A stretch of 64,000 nucleotides of DNA, from assembly GCA_963791815.1 (NCBI GenBank), contig CAWBTT010000002.1, positions 472,086-536,085 on the forward strand, read 5' to 3'. Position numbers and translations under genes: made by a program. The notes under the pieces are model-generated. The model was given only the letters and a program-made list of their open reading frames with translations, was not told where the DNA came from and searched no databases. Below are positions 28,789 through 38,456 of this stretch, in pieces. This stretch comes from an uncultured Candidatus Micrarchaeota archaeon (GTDB lineage: Archaea > Micrarchaeota > Micrarchaeia > Anstonellales > Bilamarchaeaceae). Positions within the stretch are counted from its first letter, which is position 1, and each line of letters opens with the position of its first letter.

Positions 28789-29678
28789 CTGTAAATCTCA
28801 TTCTCAAGACAGCTTATGAGGTCAAGCTGTTCTGTTGGTTTGTCGCCAGTTCTTCCCTTGTACCATTCCTCACAGCTTTTCTCATTCTCTGCTGTGTAGT
28901 GTGCAAGAGAAACATAGATGTCTTCTCTACTGGCAATGCCAAGAGCAAAAAGGTACTGGAGTATACTCTTGAACTCCTCGATAACATATGACCTTTTTCT
29001 TGAAACTCTGAGCCTTCGAAGGTCAGTGATTTTCAGGTCATTTTCATTAAGCAGAATATTGTTGAGTGTAAATCTTCCTATGATAAGGTTGTTTGAGTGG
29101 AGTGACGATATCTTTTCAGTGAGCATCTCCATTAGCTTCCCACGATTTTCCTTGTCTAAATCATCCACATCGACATACTGAACATCTCCCCTGGCGATTC
29201 TTCTGTCAAATGCCCAGGATTCCGTGTCGACTCTTGAAACTACATAATCATTTCCAAGAACAGTTCTCAGGTATCCGACCACATTCTCAAGTGCGCCCTT
29301 TACTTTTCCATATGCGTTGTAAAGTGCCTGCGCAATCTCCCTTGCAGTCTTTCTGAGTATATAAGTAGCATTCTTGTGCCTGAAACTGATGCTGTCTGCT
29401 CCATCTCTGGCAGCGACCCGATACAGTTCAGTCAGGTCTGTCCCCATCCTATAGTCTATTTTCTTGACCTTGATTGTCGGAGAAGCAGAATCCTTCCATT
29501 CATATTCTAAAGTAACCTTGTCGCCGCTTTCCTTTTTCTTGGATGAAATCGGCACTTCTTTTGTGAATTCAGGCAACTCATAATCCTCGTGCTTGCCTGC
29601 TTCCAGCTCCTGAAGTCTCTCATCAGCAGCTGGAATGTGCGATTCTGCGAATTCTGTTTTCTTCATAGGGCTGGTCAC
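28785..29678 (-). CDS. Hypothetical protein, possibly atypical protein-kinase-like fold (RIO/Bud32/Kdo-kinase-like)
   Basis: Acidic N-terminal 100 aa. Segment LIIGRFTLNNILLNENDLKITDL resembles a kinase catalytic loop plus DFG-like region. Weak. Confidence 0.3.
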   Translation of the reverse strand: MTSPMKKTEFAESHIPAADERLQELEAGKHEDYELPEFTKEVPISSKKKESGDKVTLEYEWKDSASPTIKVKKIDYRMGTDLTELYRVAARDGADSISFRHKNATYILRKTAREIAQALYNAYGKVKGALENVVGYLRTVLGNDYVVSRVDTESWAFDRRIARGDVQYVDVDDLDKENRGKLMEMLTEKISSLHSNNLIIGRFTLNNILLNENDLKITDLRRLRVSRKRSYVIEEFKSILQYLFALGIASREDIYVSLAHYTAENEKSCEEWYKGRTGDKPTEQLDLISCLENEIYS

Positions 29679-29747
29679 CTTATTACTACGAATATATATC
29701 TTAGGCCACTAACTGTTTATAAATGTGTGTATCAATACGTCGATTGC

Positions 29748-30491
29748 CTAATCGGTCTCAATTCTTGGCGCAAGGTAGTATACGACGTGTGCGCCCTCAA
29801 TATCATATTCAAGCTTCAGGGGCCTGTCAGTTTCCAGGTTGATTTTTACTTGTGAGCTTGCGGAAGTGGCTTTGACCATGTCTTCGAGGTACTGGAGCGG
29901 AAATGTTGCCTTCACTCCCTGAGCGGTGCTTATTTCCGGAACTTCTGGGCTTCCTTTCTCGAATTCGGCCCGTACGTCCCCATTTTCCCCTCTGACATCC
30001 ACCACAAACTGCTCAGGGCTAAGGTGCAGCCTCACATGTGAGCTGATGAGTTTAGCATCTTTAAGCGTCTCCTTTAAGGCATCTGCCTTGACATTTGCGT
30101 AGCTGTTGAATTCTATTTTGGGCTCTTTCTGAACCCTGTCCCCGGTCTCAATCAATGGGACCTTGAACGTTCTCTTGTGCTTATCCCCAAGGAACCTGAC
30201 AACCAATCGCCCCTCCTCGGTGGTAATCTCCGCCTTCTCTCCTCTTTTTCCTCTTGCGAGAACGTTTGAGAGCTGGCTTATGTCTATTCCTAGCTTCATT
30301 TCCTCAGGAACACTGTATTCGACAAAAGCCTCCTTGGGCATCCTGAATGAAACCATGGAAATCTGAGATGGGTCCATAGCCTTGAAGTTCAGGCCCTCTG
30401 CATTTAGCTCAAACTGGCCTTCCTCAACGAGACAAACAATAGAATCGATAGCCGACTTAAGGGCTGGAGCGTCCTGTATTACAAGCTTCAT
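29748..30491 (-). CDS. pcn: DNA polymerase sliding clamp PCNA
   Basis: 247 aa, C-terminal YYLAPRIE, typical PCNA length and composition. Confidence 0.9.
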   Translation of the reverse strand: MKLVIQDAPALKSAIDSIVCLVEEGQFELNAEGLNFKAMDPSQISMVSFRMPKEAFVEYSVPEEMKLGIDISQLSNVLARGKRGEKAEITTEEGRLVVRFLGDKHKRTFKVPLIETGDRVQKEPKIEFNSYANVKADALKETLKDAKLISSHVRLHLSPEQFVVDVRGENGDVRAEFEKGSPEVPEISTAQGVKATFPLQYLEDMVKATSASSQVKINLETDRPLKLEYDIEGAHVVYYLAPRIETD

Positions 30492-30609
30492 AGAAATTCC
30501 TCCCGCTATGATATTGTTAATAACTATAATATACTTTGCGGCAACTCGGAAGCTACTCTTGTCATCATTGATCAGTCTGGGACGGTCTCCTCATCGTTGC
30601 CTAGTATTA

Positions 30610-32013
30610 CTATTGAGGGGGCGGGTTTAAATCAGGAGGAGGTTCAGGTTTCCATCCGGGCCTGAAATCGTCTGGGAGCATATCCACTTCAACAACCAGA
30701 AATCTGCCGATTCGTCGCGTGGCCCCAACCTCTTCTTCAAGGAATGGGGGCACAACTGCAGCCGACTGTTGGCACCCCCCCTCCAGCCACTGATTGTGTT
30801 CGTTCTGCTCGCTCACGCAAATCAAAGTGAACTCTCCTTGTGGAGAAAGGGCAATCCCTGCTGCATCGACCCAGTATCCCAGGCCACCCCCACCTATCAT
30901 TGCCAATTGGATGTCTGGGTACTCCTGCTTAAGTTCAAGCAGTCCCTGCCATTCCTCAGTTTCTATGATTGGGTGGGTGTTTTGTGCAGAGCCAACAAAC
31001 CCTGCCGCAACGAAAAGCAGCAGCACTATTGACACTCCCATGAATGCTGTCCGGTCTTTCCAGAAGTATCCTGCTCCGAGCGCTGCCAGAATGGCGACCA
31101 GAACATAAGTATCCCAAACAAATCTGGGTGCCCAGTCTGGCCTGACAAACAATGTTTGAGAAAGTAAAAACGCAACTACGAGCCAAGGGATGAAAAGCGC
31201 CTGTCTTTTCCTGCTTAGCATTGCAACTGCAAGGAACGCGGGAATAAGGAAAATGGAATACTCATCAATCAGGGATGCGCTCAAAGCCCCATGGCCATAC
31301 AGACCGACAACCCCAACCTCGCCCGAAGAGACATCCCAACCTTTGAGCAGGATTATCACCAGTCCTGCGGCAAGCAACACTGCGAACATCCCAACACAGA
31401 ATAAATGTTCTTTCTCAAGTTTTTTCTCTTTCCAGTAGTGCAATGCAGGAAACAATGCCAGGAATGGGGCAACGCTGAATACGATGTAACCCGAGGTTGA
31501 GAAGTGGCTTCCAACCATGAGGCCGGCAAACAACACAGTAAGCACTGCATTCTTGATTTCAAACTTATCAGTGGTTCTTATCAGAAAATAAATAAACCAG
31601 GCAGCAAAGAAAAGACCAACCTCGTTCTTGAGCAAATCTCCCATCATGAACATGTTTGTCGGTGAGAATGCGGCGAAGAATGCCGCCAGCAATCCCACTG
31701 CCTTGTTCCCGCTGACATATTCGGAAATCTTGTAAACCGGAAACGCTATCCCAGCAGACGCAAGTGCAATTGCCACCTTGAAACCAAGCATCATCTCAAA
31801 GACTGAGACAAATGCCGCAGTGTAATAGAAAGCAATTGGCGGATCATTCACCTGAGGGTACCCCTGAGTGAAAATCTCCCCAATGTGCTTGACATAGTAT
31901 CCGGCATCATTATTGTGAATCAGGACGCTCTGGGTAGAGAAATATAGTTTGAGGATTAGGGCTATCAAAAATATCGCTGCCAGTAACCACGCGTAATCTC
32001 TCTGCCCGTTCAT
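30610..32013 (-). CDS. GT-C-fold membrane glycosyltransferase-like protein (PMT/ArnT/STT3-related), 467 aa
   Basis: About 11 predicted TM helices with an N-terminal loop carrying a conserved acidic pair (NNDAGYY) as in GT-C enzymes. Pro-rich C-terminal tail. Confidence 0.45.
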   Translation of the reverse strand: MNGQRDYAWLLAAIFLIALILKLYFSTQSVLIHNNDAGYYVKHIGEIFTQGYPQVNDPPIAFYYTAAFVSVFEMMLGFKVAIALASAGIAFPVYKISEYVSGNKAVGLLAAFFAAFSPTNMFMMGDLLKNEVGLFFAAWFIYFLIRTTDKFEIKNAVLTVLFAGLMVGSHFSTSGYIVFSVAPFLALFPALHYWKEKKLEKEHLFCVGMFAVLLAAGLVIILLKGWDVSSGEVGVVGLYGHGALSASLIDEYSIFLIPAFLAVAMLSRKRQALFIPWLVVAFLLSQTLFVRPDWAPRFVWDTYVLVAILAALGAGYFWKDRTAFMGVSIVLLLFVAAGFVGSAQNTHPIIETEEWQGLLELKQEYPDIQLAMIGGGGLGYWVDAAGIALSPQGEFTLICVSEQNEHNQWLEGGCQQSAAVVPPFLEEEVGATRRIGRFLVVEVDMLPDDFRPGWKPEPPPDLNPPPQ

Positions 32014-32071
32014 CTACTATTTTATGGCAAGAAACTCTTAATAAATGGGTGTCACAAAAAACCCGAAACAA

Positions 32072-33118
32072 TCACTCCACTTTATACTGCCGGACTTTCA
32101 CTCCAGCATCTTTCAGAAGTTGCATCGGTGTCTCTGCCATGGCATAATCAACATTGTATACTACTTCCTTGATGCCGGCGTTGATAATCATCCTTGTGCA
32201 GTATAGGCATGGCGAAAATGTAGTGTAAATTGAGCTGTCCTTGATGCTGATTCCGTGGTAGGATGCCTGGACAATCGCATTCTCCTCCCCATGGCTGCAA
32301 AGGCATTCTTCCAGGTTTTTCCCTGATTCTGAGAAACCATTGCATCTTGGGCATCCACCTTCAGAGCAGTTCTTTGTTCCTCTTGGGGTTCCATTGTAAC
32401 CAGTTGAAATTATCCTCTTGTCTTTGACGATAATCGCAGCAACCTTTCTTTTCATGCAGTTGCTTCTCGTCGCAACCATCTTCGCAATCTTCATGAAGTA
32501 TTCATCCCAGCTTGGTCTGCTTAGTCTAAACTCATCAGAAAGTTCTGCGAGCAAAGCATCTATCCTATCATCCAAGTCACTGAAGCTGCCGTCATTTGTG
32601 AGTTTTTTGTCTGCCAGTACGAATGTTCCCTTCAAGTTCTGCTTTGTCTTGTCAGTGTTCTCCATCTCCATTTTTTCGATCTGGGCAAAAGCATCATATG
32701 TCTGGGGGTCTTCCTCCCTCTGCCTTGATTTGATTCTTTCAAATCTGGTTTCTGAAGGCGCAGTAACATAGAACAAGAAAAAGCGCCCGAGCTTTTTCAA
32801 CTCCTCAACTTCGGCAGGATTCCGAATAGAATCAATAACATAGTTCTTGTCTTCCTGGATTTTTTCCGCGATTCGTTTTCCGAGCGCGCCTGGCCCGTGC
32901 TTCTCTCTAAGTTCATTGCCTTTTTTGATAAGATTCTCCCTTGTAATCTGCTTCCCTTCTGCCCTGACTTCCTCACGTATCGCATCTGAAAGTGAATAAT
33001 AGTAGAAGCTTTTTGTCTTCAGATATTCTGCGATTGTGCTCTTGCCAGCGCAGTTCTCACCAGTAAGTCCGATAATCATAATAACACCAGAACTCGTCAG
33101 TATCAATTGTGGTTGCAA
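32072..33118 (-). CDS. Bifunctional P-loop nucleoside/nucleotide kinase-like domain fused to dCMP/cytidine deaminase domain
   Basis: N-terminus IGLTGENCAGKSTIAEYL (Walker A, CoaE/dNMP-kinase-like). C-terminus HGEENAI ... PCLYCTRMIINAGIKEVVY (zinc-dependent CDA/dCMP deaminase HxE ... PCxxC). Confidence 0.7.
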   Translation of the reverse strand: MQPQLILTSSGVIMIIGLTGENCAGKSTIAEYLKTKSFYYYSLSDAIREEVRAEGKQITRENLIKKGNELREKHGPGALGKRIAEKIQEDKNYVIDSIRNPAEVEELKKLGRFFLFYVTAPSETRFERIKSRQREEDPQTYDAFAQIEKMEMENTDKTKQNLKGTFVLADKKLTNDGSFSDLDDRIDALLAELSDEFRLSRPSWDEYFMKIAKMVATRSNCMKRKVAAIIVKDKRIISTGYNGTPRGTKNCSEGGCPRCNGFSESGKNLEECLCSHGEENAIVQASYHGISIKDSSIYTTFSPCLYCTRMIINAGIKEVVYNVDYAMAETPMQLLKDAGVKVRQYKVE

Positions 33119-33132
33119 AGGTTAAATACCTT

Positions 33133-33699
33133 TCAGCTGACCTTTTTCCATCCTGAATAATGGAAAATCGCAAATACAATTCCAAGCAGAATGGGTTTGA
33201 GCATCCTTGGTACCTCCGCGAAGAACTCCTGATAATTTTCACTGAATGAGCAGAACGGCTCAAACCAGGAGCTGAACCCAAAGAAATGTCCTATCGCAAG
33301 CGACCAGAATATGGCAAGCGAGAACAGCCCTGCATGCGGAATCTTCATCTTATTGATGAAATACACAATCGTCACCCAAAGGGCAATCCAAAGCACGCTC
33401 GCAATAACCGGCCCCAGAAAACCAACCTGGATAAACACCTCTCTTGCAAGCGGATTGTATTCTCGCAGCGGGTCGGTAAAAGTCCCTCTTGCAGTAATTA
33501 CAATATCCAAAGTCCCGAAAATGGTCCAGAAAACAATTGGCGGTGCAAAGGCCCACAGCTCTTCCTCAAGATCCCCGCGCATGTAGAACCAGGCAGCTGC
33601 CCAGATGCAAGTTATTATCGAGCCTATTGTAAGCAGCTGGACGTAAAGCACATCTCCGCTTCCTAGTATCTCAGTGTAGTTGCACATTTCATCCTGCAT
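33133..33699 (-). CDS. Hypothetical polytopic membrane protein
   Basis: 188 aa, 5-6 TM helices. Confidence 0.4.
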   Translation of the reverse strand: MQDEMCNYTEILGSGDVLYVQLLTIGSIITCIWAAAWFYMRGDLEEELWAFAPPIVFWTIFGTLDIVITARGTFTDPLREYNPLAREVFIQVGFLGPVIASVLWIALWVTIVYFINKMKIPHAGLFSLAIFWSLAIGHFFGFSSWFEPFCSFSENYQEFFAEVPRMLKPILLGIVFAIFHYSGWKKVS

Positions 33700-35038
33700 G
33701 TTCTGCGGGCGCGCCTAATTTGCACGAACCATCCTCGCACCGGAATCCCGTTCCACAATCTTCAATTACATATTCGATTGTGTCGTTTTCACAGTAATAC
33801 TCTTTGAGGGTTTTTCCATCCACGCAGCTATCCTCGTATGAGCTTTCAAGCCCAGTTATCTTGCCCTTTGTCCTTATTGCCATTCCATAATCACTGTCAA
33901 AACAATCTGGGGCAGTTACATTCTCTTCATCTTGTGTTTTGTTCTCTCCCATGCACTTCCCATCCGAACAGAGATATCCTTCTGGGCAGTTGCTTGTGAC
34001 ACTCACGACATATCCTCTATCACAGTAGTAATCTGTGACGTGTGTCGAATTCTTGCACTTATCTGTTATGTCGTATCCGGTTATGTTCACCGTTTCTTTC
34101 TTGTAGCTGCTATATGCCACATATTCAGCATAGCATCCTTTGATTCGGCAAGCATTCTTGTAGCACTCGTTTCCACCCGTACAAGTTACCGTTTTATTCG
34201 CTACATTGTTTCCATCACAATAATATTCCAGTGCTGTTTTCCTGTCCAGGCACCTGTCAATGAATTTGATTCCGTCCACCTCTACACACCCCATGGAGCT
34301 TTCATTCATGGTCAACTCAGAATCAATACAGGCCCCTTCCTCAGAAACCAAAGTCTCGTTCACTTGCACAGTCTCGTTTTGAATCTCATCTGGCTCATCG
34401 GTTGCAGATTCCTCAGTTTTATTCGAGTATCTGAAACTCGAGACAAACCTTTCCTTCAGCATCTTTGCAGTTTCCATCTCATCGGCAAATATTCTGACTC
34501 CGTACCTGGCTTGTTTTTCTGTATCGTAAATTTCCAATGCGTATCCATCTTTGGAGGCGCTGGCCTGCGACTTATCCAAATTCTCTGCTCTCAGGGAAAA
34601 TTCCATTTCAGCTACTGAAAAGCCCCCTGGTGATTTGTAGGTGCTGATTTCTCCCTTTGATGTCGCCTGGTGAAGAACTCCAATATTATCATGTTTGCTG
34701 CTGCTTTCAAGGAAATCTTTGGCAAGTTCCTCAGAAGTCCCTTCAAGCCCGTGCCCTACCGACGACATATTCATAAAAACGAACAGTAGCGAACTATTGG
34801 TGACATTATCCCCGATGGCGATTACAGCATATGCTGGATAGTTGCTCAAGGTCTCCGCCATCCTTGCGCCCTCCGGGTAGTCAAAGGAAACTCCAATGTT
34901 TTCATAGCTTTCAAATGAAATCTCTGGTCCTTTTCCCTCTTCCCTGCTATCGGTTTCATTCTGCGGAACCTCTGCTGGAAGAGTACAACCGAACAGCAGG
35001 ATTAAGCACACCCCGAACAGGTACAAGTAGCGTCTCAT
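33689..35038 (-). CDS. Secreted/lipobox Cys-rich protein with three tandem ~55-65 aa six-Cys repeats (EYYCD motif)
   Basis: Signal peptide MRRYLYLFGVCLILLFGC. Repeats ...LEYYCDGNNV ... C ... GG.EC ... C, ...DYYCDRGYV ... C ... C.DGKC, ...EYYCENDTI ... C ... C.DGSC. Confidence 0.6.
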   Translation of the reverse strand: MRRYLYLFGVCLILLFGCTLPAEVPQNETDSREEGKGPEISFESYENIGVSFDYPEGARMAETLSNYPAYAVIAIGDNVTNSSLLFVFMNMSSVGHGLEGTSEELAKDFLESSSKHDNIGVLHQATSKGEISTYKSPGGFSVAEMEFSLRAENLDKSQASASKDGYALEIYDTEKQARYGVRIFADEMETAKMLKERFVSSFRYSNKTEESATDEPDEIQNETVQVNETLVSEEGACIDSELTMNESSMGCVEVDGIKFIDRCLDRKTALEYYCDGNNVANKTVTCTGGNECYKNACRIKGCYAEYVAYSSYKKETVNITGYDITDKCKNSTHVTDYYCDRGYVVSVTSNCPEGYLCSDGKCMGENKTQDEENVTAPDCFDSDYGMAIRTKGKITGLESSYEDSCVDGKTLKEYYCENDTIEYVIEDCGTGFRCEDGSCKLGAPAEHAG

Positions 35039-35067
35039 GGTTGAATAGTGGAAGAAAACAATAAAAA

Positions 35068-36807
35068 TCAGAAGTGTTTGTTCAGCATCTTCTTTATCTG
35101 CTGATAGAGATCCTTCTCCTCATCATCGAGCATATCCTGCCTCTGGCTCCAGAGTCCCAGTTCTTCTTTTGTCATGCAGGTGTAGAGCACATCTCCAACA
35201 TTGACGTTCTTTCCAATGTGGATTCCATCGCATGAAATTGCGAGCTGGTCTCCCTTGCTGGCTTCGTTAACCTTCTCTTTCTCTTTTTGGATTTCACGGA
35301 CCTGGCCGACAATCTCTCCGTCGCGGTTCATCAGCCTATAATTTCTCTTCAGCCGCCCTGCAAGAACATCCACACCGAAAATCGCTGGCTTGCATGCTCT
35401 GAATATGTATCCGTCAAGAACCTTCAAGCGTCCGGGGCAGGTGAGTTTTGCCAAGGATTCCTTCTTCAGGGCATCCTTCTCGTTCTGCACCCATTCCTGG
35501 TACTGCTCTATTACTTTGTAAACAATATTGCTGTAGATAATCGGTACCTTGCTGTTCCTGCTCTCCTCCCAAGCCTCATCAAGAATATTAACATTGAAAC
35601 CAAGGATGACTCCCAGGTATTTGTCTTCAATTGCCCCGGCTGCCAGAACATCTTTCTTCGTGACATTCCCAACATCTGCATCCTTGACCGGAATCCCCGC
35701 CCCCTTAAGCAATTGGAGAAGCGCCTCAACAGAGCCAAGGCTGTCTGCCCTTAGTATGACTCCCTGCTCATCGCTTTTATGGAAAATGACCTGCTTGAAC
35801 TGCTGTTCAATCCCTGCAGCGTCCTTCTCAAAATCATGAATCACTTCAAGCGGCGAGCCTGGAATCGCGCCTTCAAGCCCAGGCGCGCAAATCTTAACTC
35901 CTGATGCTGCGACTACTTCATCAACATAAAGGAATTTCTCCTTGCCACCGAGGTTGGGTTCAAGAAGCCCACGCACCCTTGTTTTCTTCACACCTTCAGA
36001 CGTCATGTAGGCAATCTCATCATTTTTCCTGAAGATGCCGTCATAGACAATAACATCAACCGTAGTGCCAAGCCCTTTCTCATCTTTCACTTCAATGATG
36101 CTTCCCTTGCCGCGCCCATTCTCATCGATTTCAAGCCGGTCGCCAAGGAACTTCTGGCTGACTCCTCCGATAAGGACGAGCAGTTCGCTCATTCCTTCAC
36201 GGGTCTTTGCGCTTATCGGTATAATGGCAATCTGCTTGCTGAAATCCTCCACGCGGTCAAAGCGTTCACTGTCAAATCCATACTCTGAAATCTTGCCCAT
36301 AATCTCGTAAAGTTTTTCGTCAAACCTCTGTTTTATGTGCTCAGGCTGCTGGGCAAGCGACTCAAGAAACGATGTGGTGTTCTGGCTCTTCCACCCGCTA
36401 ATCCTGTCGATTTTGTTCGCAGCTAAGATGAATGGCGTCTTGTGCTGCTTCAGAATCTTGATACTTTCAACTGTCTGGGGCTGGAATCCCTGATTTATAT
36501 CTACAAGTAAGATTACCAAATCCGCCAGGCTCCCTCCCCTGTCTCTAAGGTTGGAGAATGCCTCGTGTCCCGGAGTGTCTATGAAAAGAAGCCCTGGAAT
36601 GCTGATTCTCAGGTTCATCTTCTCTGCAAGAGTACCTGCAACTGCGTCAATTGATTTTTTCGAGACATAGCTTGCGCCAATCATCTGAGTGATTCCGCCA
36701 GCCTCTTTCTTGGCAACTGCAGTCCCCCTCACACTGTCGAGAAGGGTAGTTTTTCCATGGTCCACGTGAGCAAGAAGACATATGATTGGTGAGCGTGTAA
36801 ATTTCAT
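35068..36807 (-). CDS. infB: Translation initiation factor aIF5B (IF2-type GTPase)
   Basis: G1 AHVDHGKTTLLD, G3 DTPGHEAF, G4 NKID. About 580 aa. Start taken at MKFTRSPIICL. Confidence 0.9.
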   Translation of the reverse strand: MKFTRSPIICLLAHVDHGKTTLLDSVRGTAVAKKEAGGITQMIGASYVSKKSIDAVAGTLAEKMNLRISIPGLLFIDTPGHEAFSNLRDRGGSLADLVILLVDINQGFQPQTVESIKILKQHKTPFILAANKIDRISGWKSQNTTSFLESLAQQPEHIKQRFDEKLYEIMGKISEYGFDSERFDRVEDFSKQIAIIPISAKTREGMSELLVLIGGVSQKFLGDRLEIDENGRGKGSIIEVKDEKGLGTTVDVIVYDGIFRKNDEIAYMTSEGVKKTRVRGLLEPNLGGKEKFLYVDEVVAASGVKICAPGLEGAIPGSPLEVIHDFEKDAAGIEQQFKQVIFHKSDEQGVILRADSLGSVEALLQLLKGAGIPVKDADVGNVTKKDVLAAGAIEDKYLGVILGFNVNILDEAWEESRNSKVPIIYSNIVYKVIEQYQEWVQNEKDALKKESLAKLTCPGRLKVLDGYIFRACKPAIFGVDVLAGRLKRNYRLMNRDGEIVGQVREIQKEKEKVNEASKGDQLAISCDGIHIGKNVNVGDVLYTCMTKEELGLWSQRQDMLDDEEKDLYQQIKKMLNKHF

Positions 36808-36921
36808 GCCATCACCGCCAACTATTAGTCTCAAGCAAACGTCTTATATATCTGTAAGGAATAAGTACATTTATAAACATTATTAAACACAATAAGTAAT
36901 GTAAGAATACGAGGCGACCAG

Positions 36922-37170
36922 ATGCACAAAGAGATTCACATTCACATAGAAAAATTATCGAGCAGGAAAGTTCTTGAGAGGAAGAAAGCCATCAGGCAAC
37001 TAGTCCGATACCTTCATCACCCTAATGGCTACCTCGCCCGGCTTTCCCTGCACTATGTCTCAGTACATGACCCCTGTTACACTGTCAGGAATATTGCCAG
37101 GCAGGCATTCTACAAAATAGGGGAACCTCCTTCTGAGGGAGACTCCTGGGATAAGGCTTATTTATTCTGA
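36922..37170 (+). CDS. Small hypothetical protein (possible HEAT-like repeat)
   Basis: 82-aa ORF between the aIF5B promoter region and SAM synthetase. Weak similarity to PBS-lyase HEAT-like repeat. Confidence 0.25.
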   Translation: MHKEIHIHIEKLSSRKVLERKKAIRQLVRYLHHPNGYLARLSLHYVSVHDPCYTVRNIARQAFYKIGEPPSEGDSWDKAYLF

Positions 37171-37233
37171 TTGGAATATTCTTTTCATAAAATAATAAAA
37201 ACAACCTCTCCAGACCTTATTCCACTGATTTTC

Positions 37234-38430
37234 ATGGACAGGAATATTATTGTTGAGAAAGGCAGCTATCTGCCAGTAAAGGATTGTGAGGTTGAGCTTG
37301 TTGAAAGAAAGGGCCTTGGCCATCCAGACAGTCTTATAGACGGCGTAATGGAAGAAATAAGCTGTGAACTATCTAAGGCATATATCAATGACTTTGGCAA
37401 AATCCTGCACCACAATGTTGATAAGGGGCTGATTTGCGGCGGAGGAACCAAAGTAGAGTTTGGCGGCGGGGTTTTCACAAAACCAATCTATGTTCTTCTT
37501 ACTGGCCGTGCAACAGACGAAGCCGAAGGAAAAACAATCCCCGTACACCATATCGCCCAGACTACCGCGCACAAATACCTTGAGAAGGCAGTTCCTGACC
37601 TTCAGGTATGTAATGACGTTGAAATCGTATCTAGGATAGCGCATGGCTCATCTGACCTGGTGGAATTATTCCTCAGGGGTCCAAAGGTTCCATTTGCAAA
37701 TGACACTAGTTTTGGCACAGGCTTTGCACCGCTCAGTGACCTTGAGCAGATTACTCTTGCTGCTGAAAAACACCTCAACTCTCCAGAATACAAAGCCCAG
37801 CACCCAGAAGTCGGCCCAGACATTAAAATCATGGGTCTTCGGGAAAAAGACAGACTCAAAATCACAGTCGCCTGCGCATTCATATCCAAACACGTTCCTG
37901 ATATTGACAGCTACGTCAAATTCCGCGACCGTGTCCGTGAGGATGTTCTGAAGGTCGCCAAAGGAATAACTGACATGGAAGTCCAGGTCTTTGTGAACAC
38001 TGCAGATGACATTGAAAACAAATCTGTCTACATCACACTGACAGGGACAAGCGCTGAGATGGGCGACGATGGAAGTGTTGGGAGGGGCAACCGTGTCAAC
38101 GGTCTAATCACCCCATTCCGTTCCATGACTCTTGAGGCCGCAGCGGGAAAGAACCCGGTCAACCATGTCGGAAAGATTTACTCTGTCCTTGCAACTGAAA
38201 TGGCATCCTCAATAGCAAAAGAATATCCCGAGATAGAGGATATCAACATCATTCTGCTCTCCCAGATTGGAAAGCCGATTGACCAGCCTAAAGTCGCCTC
38301 TGTCAATATCATAACTGGGGGAGACTTCGACAAAATGCAGGCTACAATCCGAAGGGAAGTTGACCAGAGGCTTGAGAATGTCACTGAGACGACAAACAAG
38401 ATTGTCTTTGGCAAAGTTCCACTTTTTTAA
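37234..38430 (+). CDS. metK: S-adenosylmethionine synthetase, archaeal type
   Basis: MDRNIIVEK ... ERKGLGHPDSLIDGV ... ILHHNVDKG matches the archaeal MAT N-terminus. About 400 aa. The ORF track start at 37171 is probably an N-terminal over-extension. Confidence 0.9.
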   Translation: MDRNIIVEKGSYLPVKDCEVELVERKGLGHPDSLIDGVMEEISCELSKAYINDFGKILHHNVDKGLICGGGTKVEFGGGVFTKPIYVLLTGRATDEAEGKTIPVHHIAQTTAHKYLEKAVPDLQVCNDVEIVSRIAHGSSDLVELFLRGPKVPFANDTSFGTGFAPLSDLEQITLAAEKHLNSPEYKAQHPEVGPDIKIMGLREKDRLKITVACAFISKHVPDIDSYVKFRDRVREDVLKVAKGITDMEVQVFVNTADDIENKSVYITLTGTSAEMGDDGSVGRGNRVNGLITPFRSMTLEAAAGKNPVNHVGKIYSVLATEMASSIAKEYPEIEDINIILLSQIGKPIDQPKVASVNIITGGDFDKMQATIRREVDQRLENVTETTNKIVFGKVPLF

Positions 38431-38456
38431 ACCTTTTTTCACAATATATTCTTTCT

